Shown piece by piece: positions 27,177 to 34,989 of a stretch of 34,989 nucleotides of DNA. The notes beneath the pieces are model-generated. The model made no database searches. It saw nothing but the letters and a program-made list of their open reading frames with translations, and was not told where the DNA came from. This stretch comes from a virus (Duplodnaviria > Heunggongvirae > Uroviricota > Caudoviricetes). Numbering within the stretch: the first letter of the stretch is position 1; each line of letters starts with the position of its first letter. The translations under genes were made by a program, and so were the position numbers. The DNA lies in IMG/VR virus record IMGVR_UViG_2778261298_000001, one strand, 5' to 3'.

Positions 27177-30100
27177 TAACAACCTGCGGCTGCAGGTCAT
27201 TCTTAATGCGGTTGACAAACTCACCCGCCCATTCCGTGTTGCACAGGCCAGTTCGAAAGAGCTGGCTGGCGCAATCAGAAACTCCCGTGACGCATTAAAG
27301 CAACTCAATCAGGCGGGTAATAGCCTGGAAAAATTTCGCAAGCTGCAGGCTGATAACAAGAAGTTAGGCGACAGGCTGAACTATGCCAGACAGAAGGCTA
27401 ATTTGCTTAGCTCTGAGCTGGAGGCGATGGAACAACCATCACAACGGCACCTTGTGGCTTTAGGTCGGCAAACGCTGGCAGTCCAACGCCTGGAAGAACA
27501 GCAAAAATATTTGCAGAAGCAAACGGCGCTTGTGCGTGCAGAACTGTACCGGGCGGGAATTTCTGCGAAAGATGATGCGGGAGCAACTGCCCGTTTAGCC
27601 CGTGAAACATCACGTTATAACCAGGAATTGTCGAAACAGGAGGCGCGGCTGAAGCGACTGGGTGAAGCTCAGCGCAGGATGAATGCGGCGCGTGCCAGTT
27701 ATGCCCGTTCGCTGGAGGTGCGCGATCGTATTGCAGGAGCCGGAGCCACTACCACGGCTGCAGGGCTGGCAATGGGGACGCCAGTGATGGCGGCAGTAAA
27801 AAGCTATACCAGCATGGAAGATGCCATGAAAGGTGTGGCAAAGCAGGTCAATGGTCTGCGTGACGATAATGGAAACCGTACTGCACGTTTTTATGAAATG
27901 CAGGATGCCATCAAGGCTGCCAGCGAACAGTTGCCGATGGAAAACGGTGCGGTGGACTTCGCTGCACTGGTTGAAGGTGGTGCGCGCATGAACGTCGCAA
28001 ACCCTGACGACAGCTGGGAAGACCAGAAACGTGACCTGCTGGCCTTCGCCAGTACGGCAGCAAAGGCGGCAACAGCCTTTGAGCTGCCAGCGGATGAACT
28101 GTCAGAAAGTCTGGGGAAAATCGCCCAGCTCTACAAAATACCTACCCGCAATATTGAACAGCTCGGCGATGCGCTGAACTATCTGGATGATAACGCCATG
28201 TCGAAAGGGGCGGACATCATTGATGTGATGCAACGTCTGGGCGGTGTGGCTGACCGTCTGGATTATCGTAAAGCGGCGGCACTGGGTTCCACCTTTCTGA
28301 CACTGGGCGCTGCGCCGGAGGTTGCAGCCAGTGCAGCAAACGCGATGGTGCGTGAATTGTCCATTGCCACCATGCAAAGCAAGAGTTTCTTTGAAGGGAT
28401 GAATCTGCTGAAACTCAATCCTGAAGTGATTGAAAAGCAGATGACGAAGGATGCGATGGGAACTATCCAGCGTGTGCTGGAGAAGGTGAACGCACTGCCG
28501 CAGGACAAGCGTCTGTCTGCCATGACCATGTTGTTTGGTAAAGAGTTTGGCGATGACGCGGCGAAACTGGCAAACAACCTGCCGGAACTACAGCGCCAGC
28601 TAAAACTGACAGCGGGCAATGATGCGCTCGGTTCCATGCAGAAAGAATCCGACATCAACAAGGACTCACTTTCTGCTCAGTGGTTGCTGGTTAAAACCGG
28701 AGCGCAGAATACCTTCAGCAGCCTGGGCGAAACGCTGCGCCAGCCGCTGATGGATATTCTGTACACGGTGAAAAGCATCACGGGGGCGTTGCGCCGCTGG
28801 GTGGAAGCTAACCCGGAACTGACAGGCACACTGATGAAAGTAGCCGCTGTGGTGGCTGCGGTTACCGTAGGCCTCGGCACCTTAGCGGTGGCGCTGGCTG
28901 CAGTGCTGGGGCCGCTGGCAGTGATCCGTCTGGGATTCTCTGTGCTGGGTATCAAAACGTTACCTTCCGTTACGGCAGCAGTAACTCGAACCAGCAGTGC
29001 GTTGTCCTGGCTGGCTGGCGCACCACTGGCACTGCTGCGACGCGGGCTTGCTTCATCGGGCAACGCCGCAGGTTTACTTACTGCGCCGTTGTCGTCTTTG
29101 CGCCGCACGGCATCACTGACGGGAAATGTCCTGAAAACTGTAGCAGGTGCGCCGGTTGCACTTTTGCGGTCTGGATTATCCGGTTTACGTGCTGTTGCTG
29201 TGATGTTTATGAATCCTCTGGCGGTACTGCGCGGTGGACTGGTCGCCGCAGGCACGGTGCTGCGAGTACTGGCATCTGGTCCACTGGCGATGCTGCGCGT
29301 TGCGCTGTATGCCGTATCTGGTCTGTTAGGTGCTCTGCTCAGTCCGATAGGTCTTGTGGTTACTGCACTGACGGGTGTGGCGCTGGTTGTCTGGAAATAC
29401 TGGCAACCCATCACCTCATTTCTCGGTGGCGTGGTGGAAGGATTCAAAGCGTCGGCAGGTCCCGTCAGTGCTGCATTCGAACCACTTAAGCCTGTGTTTC
29501 AGTGGATTGGCGACAAAGTGCAGGCGTTGTGGGGTTGGTTTACTGATCTGCTGACGCCTGTTAAGTCGACCTCTGCTGAACTGCAGAGCGCAGCGGCAAT
29601 GGGGCGACGATTCGGGGAGGCTCTGGCGGAGGGGCTGAATATGGTCATGCATCCGCTGGACTCCCTGAAATCCGGTGTTTCCTGGTTGCTGGATAAACTC
29701 GGCATTGTCAGTAAAGAAGCTGCAAAGGCGAAACTGCCGGAAAGCGTGACGCGTCAGCAACCTGCGACGGTGAATGCAGACGGTAAAGTGATGATGCCAT
29801 CGGGTGGTTTTCCATCATGGGGATATGGCTTTGCGGGGATGTATGACAGCGGCGGCTATATCCCGCGCGGGCAGTTTGGCATCGTCGGTGAAAACGGGCC
29901 GGAAATTGTTAACGGCCCGGCAAATGTGACCAGCCGGAGAAATACAGCTGCACTGGCTGCCATTGTTGCCGGAATGATGGGCGTTGCTGCCGCGCCTGCA
30001 GAGCTTCCACCGTTGCATCCTTTGGCGCTTCCCGCGAAAGGTGGTGAAGCGATGATGAGTCGCGCAGCCACTGTGCCGCCAGTTCAACGGATTGAGGCAC

Positions 30101-30246
30101 CGACGCAGATCATCATCCAGACGCAGCCAGGACAAAGTGCTCGGGATATTGCGCGGGAGGTGGCACGCCAGCTTGATGAACGTGAACGCAGGCTGAAGGC
30201 AAAAGCCAGGAGTAACTACAGCGATCAGGGGGGATACGACGCATGA
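27169..30246 (+). CDS. T: Tail tape measure protein (P2 gpT family)
   Basis: 1025 aa; coiled-coil-rich N-terminal half and Gly/Ala-rich hydrophobic central segments. Confidence 0.85.
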   Translation: MSDNNLRLQVILNAVDKLTRPFRVAQASSKELAGAIRNSRDALKQLNQAGNSLEKFRKLQADNKKLGDRLNYARQKANLLSSELEAMEQPSQRHLVALGRQTLAVQRLEEQQKYLQKQTALVRAELYRAGISAKDDAGATARLARETSRYNQELSKQEARLKRLGEAQRRMNAARASYARSLEVRDRIAGAGATTTAAGLAMGTPVMAAVKSYTSMEDAMKGVAKQVNGLRDDNGNRTARFYEMQDAIKAASEQLPMENGAVDFAALVEGGARMNVANPDDSWEDQKRDLLAFASTAAKAATAFELPADELSESLGKIAQLYKIPTRNIEQLGDALNYLDDNAMSKGADIIDVMQRLGGVADRLDYRKAAALGSTFLTLGAAPEVAASAANAMVRELSIATMQSKSFFEGMNLLKLNPEVIEKQMTKDAMGTIQRVLEKVNALPQDKRLSAMTMLFGKEFGDDAAKLANNLPELQRQLKLTAGNDALGSMQKESDINKDSLSAQWLLVKTGAQNTFSSLGETLRQPLMDILYTVKSITGALRRWVEANPELTGTLMKVAAVVAAVTVGLGTLAVALAAVLGPLAVIRLGFSVLGIKTLPSVTAAVTRTSSALSWLAGAPLALLRRGLASSGNAAGLLTAPLSSLRRTASLTGNVLKTVAGAPVALLRSGLSGLRAVAVMFMNPLAVLRGGLVAAGTVLRVLASGPLAMLRVALYAVSGLLGALLSPIGLVVTALTGVALVVWKYWQPITSFLGGVVEGFKASAGPVSAAFEPLKPVFQWIGDKVQALWGWFTDLLTPVKSTSAELQSAAAMGRRFGEALAEGLNMVMHPLDSLKSGVSWLLDKLGIVSKEAAKAKLPESVTRQQPATVNADGKVMMPSGGFPSWGYGFAGMYDSGGYIPRGQFGIVGENGPEIVNGPANVTSRRNTAALAAIVAGMMGVAAAPAELPPLHPLALPAKGGEAMMSRAATVPPVQRIEAPTQIIIQTQPGQSARDIAREVARQLDERERRLKAKARSNYSDQGGYDA

Positions 30247-30728
30247 TGATGGTGCTGGGATTGTACGTGTTTATGCTGCGCACCGTTCCGTATCAGGAAC
30301 TGCAGTATCAACGCAGCTGGCGACATGCGGCAAACAGCCGGGTAAACCGACGTCCGTCCACGCAGTTTCTGGGACCGGACAACGACATGCTGACGCTTTC
30401 CGGTGTTCTTATGCCGGAGATAACAGGTGGCAGGCTGTCGTTGCTGGCACTGGAGCAGATGGCAGAACAGGGGAAAGCATGGCCTCTGATTGAAGGCAGC
30501 GGCACGATTTACGGCATGTATGTGATTGAGGGACTGAATCAGACTAAAACGGAGTTTTTCCGCGACGGTATGCCGCGCCGGATTGAGTTCACCCTGTCGC
30601 TCAAACGGGTGGATGAATCCCTGTCCGATATGTTCGGTGATCTCAGTGCGCAGCTGAATAATCTGCAGGACACGGCAACATCTGCATTAAGCGATATCAG
30701 TAAAACGGTGGGAGGGCTGCTGTCGTGA
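30243..30728 (+). CDS. U: Tail protein U
   Basis: 161 aa; start overlaps the T stop. Confidence 0.8.
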   Translation: MMMVLGLYVFMLRTVPYQELQYQRSWRHAANSRVNRRPSTQFLGPDNDMLTLSGVLMPEITGGRLSLLALEQMAEQGKAWPLIEGSGTIYGMYVIEGLNQTKTEFFRDGMPRRIEFTLSLKRVDESLSDMFGDLSAQLNNLQDTATSALSDISKTVGGLLS

Positions 30729-31825
30729 ATTTCAGCTCTGAACTGCTTAACAAAGGCAACAAAACTCCGGCATTCAGCATCAGTATTGAAGGCAGGGATA
30801 TCACCACTGTGCTGGACAACTGCCTGATGGGGCTGACGCTGACGGATAACCGGGGCTTTGAAGCAGACCAGCTTGATCTGGAACTGGACGACGCAGACGG
30901 AAAAATCGTGCTGCCGCGTCGTGGTGCGGTTATTACGCTGGCGCTGGGCTGGAAAGGGCAGCCGCTTTTCCCGAAAGGGGCATTCACGGTGGACGAGATT
31001 GAACACACTGGCGCACCGGATCGCCTGACTATCCGGGCGCGAAGTGCTGATTTTAGGGAAACGCTGAATACCCGCCGTGAAAAATCGTGGCACAAGACCA
31101 CTGTCGGGGAAGTGGTGAAGGAAATAGCCGCGCGTCACAAGCTGAAGATGGCACTGGGTAAAGACCTGTCTGATAAACCCGTGGATCATATAGACCAGAC
31201 TAATGAGAGTGACGGCAGTTTTCTGATGCGGCTGGCGCGCCAGTACGGTGCCATCGCGTCGGTGAAAAATGGCAATCTGTTATTCATCCGGCAGGGACAG
31301 GGTAAAAGCGCCAGCGGTAAACCACTGCCGGTGATCACTATCACACGTAAGGACGGCGACAGTCACCGCTTTACCCTAGCAGATCGCGGAGCTTACACGG
31401 GCGTCATTGCCAGCTGGTTGCATACCCGCGAACCCGCGAAGAAAGAAAGCACTACGGTGAAGCGTAAGCGCAGGACTAAGAAGCAGAAGAAAGAGCCGGA
31501 AGCGAAGCAGGGCGATTACCTGGTGGGGACGGATGAAAACGTGCTGGTACTTAATCGCACTTATGCCAACCGGAGCAACGCCGAACGAGCGGCAAAAATG
31601 CAGTGGGAACGCCTGCAACGCGGCGTTGCGTCATTCTCGCTACAACTGGCGGAAGGGCGGGCAGATCTCTACACGGAAATGCCAGTGAAAGTCAGTGGCT
31701 TTAAACAGCCGATAGATGATGCGGAATGGACCATTACGACTCTGACACATACTGTCAGCCCGGATAACGGTTTTACAACCAGTATTGAACTCGAAGTGAA
31801 GATTGATGATTTCGAAATGGAATGA
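30725..31825 (+). CDS. D: Tail protein D (late control gene D)
   Basis: 366 aa; last tail gene before ogr. Confidence 0.8.
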   Translation: MNFSSELLNKGNKTPAFSISIEGRDITTVLDNCLMGLTLTDNRGFEADQLDLELDDADGKIVLPRRGAVITLALGWKGQPLFPKGAFTVDEIEHTGAPDRLTIRARSADFRETLNTRREKSWHKTTVGEVVKEIAARHKLKMALGKDLSDKPVDHIDQTNESDGSFLMRLARQYGAIASVKNGNLLFIRQGQGKSASGKPLPVITITRKDGDSHRFTLADRGAYTGVIASWLHTREPAKKESTTVKRKRRTKKQKKEPEAKQGDYLVGTDENVLVLNRTYANRSNAERAAKMQWERLQRGVASFSLQLAEGRADLYTEMPVKVSGFKQPIDDAEWTITTLTHTVSPDNGFTTSIELEVKIDDFEME

Positions 31826-31915
31826 TTCTTCGCAATGGAGAACTTTTAAGTTTGCAAAATGGAATAATAAGGTATCATTATTGTGAATTTAGCAAAAATG
31901 GGGAGAACTCGAAAA

Positions 31916-32134
31916 ATGATGATTTGCCCACTGTGTGGAAGTGCCGCCCATACTCGCAGCAGTTTTCAGGTATCTTCATTGACCAAAGAGCGTTACAACC
32001 AGTGCCAGAATATTAACTGCAGCCATACTTTTGTTACCCATGAAACTTTTGTTCGTTCGATTGCAACGCCAAAAGAGTCAAATCCGGTTCAGCCGCATCC
32101 AATGAAATCAGGACAGGTGGCGCTCTCTCTTTGA
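31916..32134 (+). CDS. ogr: Late gene transcriptional activator, Ogr/Delta/B zinc-finger family
   Basis: MMICPLCGSAAHTRSS...KERYNQCQNINCSHTF matches the C-x2-C...C-x4-C Ogr motif. Start at the ATG at 31916 with a GGGGAG RBS. Confidence 0.85.
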   Translation: MMICPLCGSAAHTRSSFQVSSLTKERYNQCQNINCSHTFVTHETFVRSIATPKESNPVQPHPMKSGQVALSL

Positions 32135-32220
32135 CGCTGCCGCCATTTTGTCGCCATCGTTAAAAAGCAGTGCTTCTAACATCATGATTTTAAAAGGCAT
32201 AAATTTCAGACAACAAAAAA

Positions 32221-32263
32221 CCCATCAACCTTGAACCGAAATGGCGGGGTTGATGGGCTCCAC
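32221..32263 (-). terminator. Probable intrinsic terminator of ybjL (host side)
   Basis: On the minus strand: CCCATCAACC...GGTTGATGGG stem followed by TTTTTTG. Confidence 0.45.
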
Positions 32264-32369
32264 AAAATGGGGACATCAAAGAAAAGCAGTGGCACTAATT
32301 AAGACTGATGCCCTGCGGAAAAGTTCTGCGGTTGTGCAAAAAAATTTCATTTTCAGGGCAACTTCAGTT

Positions 32370-34055
32370 TTATCCTAATCCTGGCCATACCATGACGATG
32401 ATTGTCCCTGCCAGCGTCAGCAGGACGTTGGCGATTGCGTAGGTGCCCGCATAGCCCAGCGCAGGGATGTTACTGCGAGCTGTATCACTGATGATCTCCA
32501 TTGCCGGCGCGCAGGTGCGTGCGCCCATCATTGCGCCGAACAACAGTGCGCGGTTCATTCGCAATACATAAGCACCGAACAAGAAACAGATAACCACGGG
32601 CACAAGACTGACAATTAATCCGGCAATCAACATCTGACCGCCAATCGCGCCCAGGCCGTTATTAATACCGCTACCGGCGCTCAGACCAACGCCTGCCATA
32701 AACACCATCAAGCCGAACTCTTTCACCATGCTTAATGCACCTTGCGGAATGTAACCGAAGGTCGGGTGATTAGCACGCATAAAGCCCAGCATAATTCCGG
32801 CGAATAACAACCCGGCAGCGTTCCCCATGCCGAAACTGAATGTGCTGAACTGGAAGGTGATCATCCCGATCATCAGCCCAATAACAAAGAAGGCGCAAAA
32901 TGCCAGCAGGTCAGTGACCTGGCTGTGAATCGAGATAAAGCCGATGCGATCGGCGATGGTTTTTACGCGACGGGCATCACCGCTGACTTGTAAAACGTCA
33001 CCTTTGTTAAGCACGACGTTGTCATCTATCGGCATCTCAATCTGGCTACGAATGACGCGGTTAAGGAAGCAACCGTGATCGGTCAACTTCAGTTGTGCGA
33101 GACGTTTACCTACAGCGTTATGGTTTTTAACGACCACTTCTTCAGTGACGATACGCATGTCGAGAAGGTCACGATCGAAAACTTCTTTACCGTTACGGAA
33201 GCTGGGATCGAGTCGGGCATGGGCGTCGGGATAGCCTACCAACGCTATTTCATCGCCCATTTGTAGCACGGCATCACCGTCTGGATTTGCCAGAATCCCG
33301 TTACGTCGAATACGTTCAATGTAGCAGCCGGTTTGTCGATAAATACCCAGTTCACGCAGATTTTTGCCGTCGGTCCAGGCCACCAGCTCCGGGCCGACGC
33401 GATAGGCGCGGATCACCGGTAAATAAACCTTACGGTTGGCATCAGTGTCCAGGCCACGTTCGCGGGCGATTTGCTGGGCGCTGGTCTGTAAGTCCTGATG
33501 CTGCAATTTCGGCAAGTAACGCGCACCAACAATCAAACTCACCAGACCGATTAAATAGGTTAAGGCATACCCGAGGCTCAGATTATCCAGTGCCAGTGAG
33601 AGCTGCCTGCTTTCCATGCCGGAATGACGCAGTGTATCGCCAGCACCGACCAGAACCGGTGTCGACGTCATAGAGCCTGCTAACATACCGGCCGTCAGGC
33701 CAATATCCCAGCCAAACAGCTTACCTAACCCTAAGGCGATCACCAGCGCACTGCCAACCATCACCAGTGCTAACATTAGGTAATTTTTCCCATCGCGAAA
33801 AAAAATGGAAAAAAAGTTCGGTCCGGCTTCAACCCCAACACAGAAAATAAACAGCATAAAGCCAAGATTAAGCGCATCGGTGTTAATGCTGAAATGTTGT
33901 TGGCCTAATAACAGCGATACGACTAAAACGCCAATGGAATTACCCAGTTGGATCGAACCAAGTCGTAACTTTCCGAGACATAGCCCAAGCGCGAGGACCA
34001 CAAATAATAACAGAATGTAATTCCCATTTAACAATTCGGCGACGTTTATATTCAC
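32370..34055 (-). CDS. ybjL: Putative transport protein YbjL (AAE-family transporter with TrkA-C domains)
   Basis: 561-aa multi-TM protein whose sequence I recognise as E. coli YbjL; the neighbours ybjM and grxA agree. Confidence 0.9.
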
Positions 34056-34324
34056 GGAGGCTAACTTCTTGTTTACTAGTAAGCTGTTGAAAGAAATGGT
34101 AATTTACGATAATGTTTTTTACCAGAATTCAGGGCGCAGATTCATTCAGCGCACCTAAACGATAGTAAAGTAACAATATATTTTACTAGTGTAATCACAT
34201 TAGGTATCAACGGCTATATGAATTGCGTTGGCCTATATTAGCATGGAATGCGAAGCGGCTTTATCTTACTGAACGCCACACTGGCGAAAAATGTGTTCGA
34301 TAGACGCAGTGTCAGGAGGAACGA

Positions 34325-34702
34325 GTGAAACATAAACAACGTTGGGCGGGGGCAATCTGCTGTTTTGTCCTCTTCATTGTGGTGTGCCTTTTTCTGGCGA
34401 CGCACATGAAAGGCGCTTTTCGGGCTGCCGGGCATCCTGAAATCGGCTTGCTGTTTTTCATTCTTCCTGGAGCAGTTGCCAGTTTCTTTTCACAGCGTAG
34501 AGAAGTCCTGAAACCTCTGTTTGGCGCAATGCTGGCGGCACCCTGTTCAATGCTTATTATGCGGCTGTTTTTTTCACCGACCCGCTCATTCTGGCAAGAG
34601 CTGGCATGGTTACTAAGCGCGGTGTTCTGGTGTGCGCTGGGGGCACTGTGTTTCTTATTTATCAGTAGTTTGTTTAAACCACAGCACAGAAAAAATCAGT
34701 AA
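34325..34702 (+). CDS. ybjM: Inner membrane protein YbjM
   Basis: 125-aa hydrophobic protein, GTG start; conserved position between ybjL and grxA. Confidence 0.8.
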   Translation: MKHKQRWAGAICCFVLFIVVCLFLATHMKGAFRAAGHPEIGLLFFILPGAVASFFSQRREVLKPLFGAMLAAPCSMLIMRLFFSPTRSFWQELAWLLSAVFWCALGALCFLFISSLFKPQHRKNQ

Positions 34703-34722
34703 AGCCCTCAACGTGAGGGCTT
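34703..34722. terminator. Bidirectional hairpin terminator between ybjM and grxA
   Basis: GCCCTCA-acg-TGAGGGC stem-loop between the convergent genes. Confidence 0.5.
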
Positions 34723-34731
34723 GTCAGACGA

Positions 34732-34989
34732 TCAGGCGTCCAGATTTTCTTTCACCCATGCAGCAAAATCGGTATAGCCGCCGATATGTTGCTGATCGAC
34801 AAAAATCTGCGGCACGGTTTCTACGGGTTTACCTGCCTTTTGTTGTAGATCTTCTTTAGTGATCCCTTCCGCACGAATATCAACATACTGATACTGAAAA
34901 TCATCGCGTTCATTGCTCAATTTCTCAGCCAGATCTTTTGCACGCACACAGTAAGGGCAACCCGGACGACCAAAAATAACGGTTTGCAT
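34732..34989 (-). CDS. grxA: Glutaredoxin 1
   Basis: 85 aa, MQTVIFGRPGCPYCVRAK with the CPYC active site; start codon at the window edge. Confidence 0.9.
   Translation of the reverse strand: MQTVIFGRPGCPYCVRAKDLAEKLSNERDDFQYQYVDIRAEGITKEDLQQKAGKPVETVPQIFVDQQHIGGYTDFAAWVKENLDA

Larger units (their letters stand above)
1..32215. mobile_element. P2/186-like temperate myovirus prophage; int end at the window edge, attL side outside the window, right end after ogr
   Basis: Contiguous P2-type gene set (int, repressor, A, Q, P, O, N, M, L, X, lysis, R, S, V, W, J, I, H, FI, FII, E, T, U, D, ogr) read from the ORF translations; host genes ybjL/ybjM/grxA follow. The right boundary is approximate. 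Confidence 0.9.

Noticed and set aside
28677-29447. 256-aa minus-strand ORF (plus several shorter ones) inside the tape-measure gene
   Set aside because: Antisense to gene T; Ala/Thr/Ser/Pro-rich composition mirrors the Gly/Ala codons of T; no RBS.
30539-31189. 216-aa minus-strand ORF overlapping U and D
   Set aside because: Antisense to two conserved tail genes; no start context; composition typical of antisense reading of GC-rich coding DNA.
31822-32016. 64-aa ORF overlapping the ogr start
   Set aside because: It overlaps the strongly supported ogr gene in another frame and has no RBS.
32135-32369. tRNA gene at the prophage-host junction
   Set aside because: No cloverleaf-compatible sequence or conserved T-loop motif (GTTCGAATC-like) is present; the flanking host gene is ybjL, not a tRNA.
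1-34989. CRISPR array
   Set aside because: No series of regularly spaced direct repeats of 25 to 40 bp was seen anywhere in the window.

Overview
The window is almost entirely a P2/186-like temperate myovirus prophage (about 1..32215) ending next to the host genes ybjL, ybjM and grxA (32370..34989). All homology calls are from reading the translations and motifs by eye; no searches were run. The early region has 186-type organisation: integrase, CI-like repressor, Apl/Cox-like excisionase, CII-like protein, a TraR-type zinc finger, a phage Dam methylase and the replication protein A, followed by a LexA-boxed small-ORF/DinI-like pair. A candidate cos site (8003..8021) is followed by a strikingly AT-rich single-gene cargo (8112..10052) encoding an ABC-type ATPase fused to a TOPRIM-like domain (OLD/Gabija/PARIS-like). 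This divergent candidate anti-phage nuclease is the most interesting element in the window. The late region is a complete P2-type head, lysis and tail set with three TGT-N12-ACA late-promoter dyads, an E/E' frameshift site, and a Gin/Hin-type invertible tail-fibre segment with its own invertase. No rRNA, tRNA or CRISPR array was seen.
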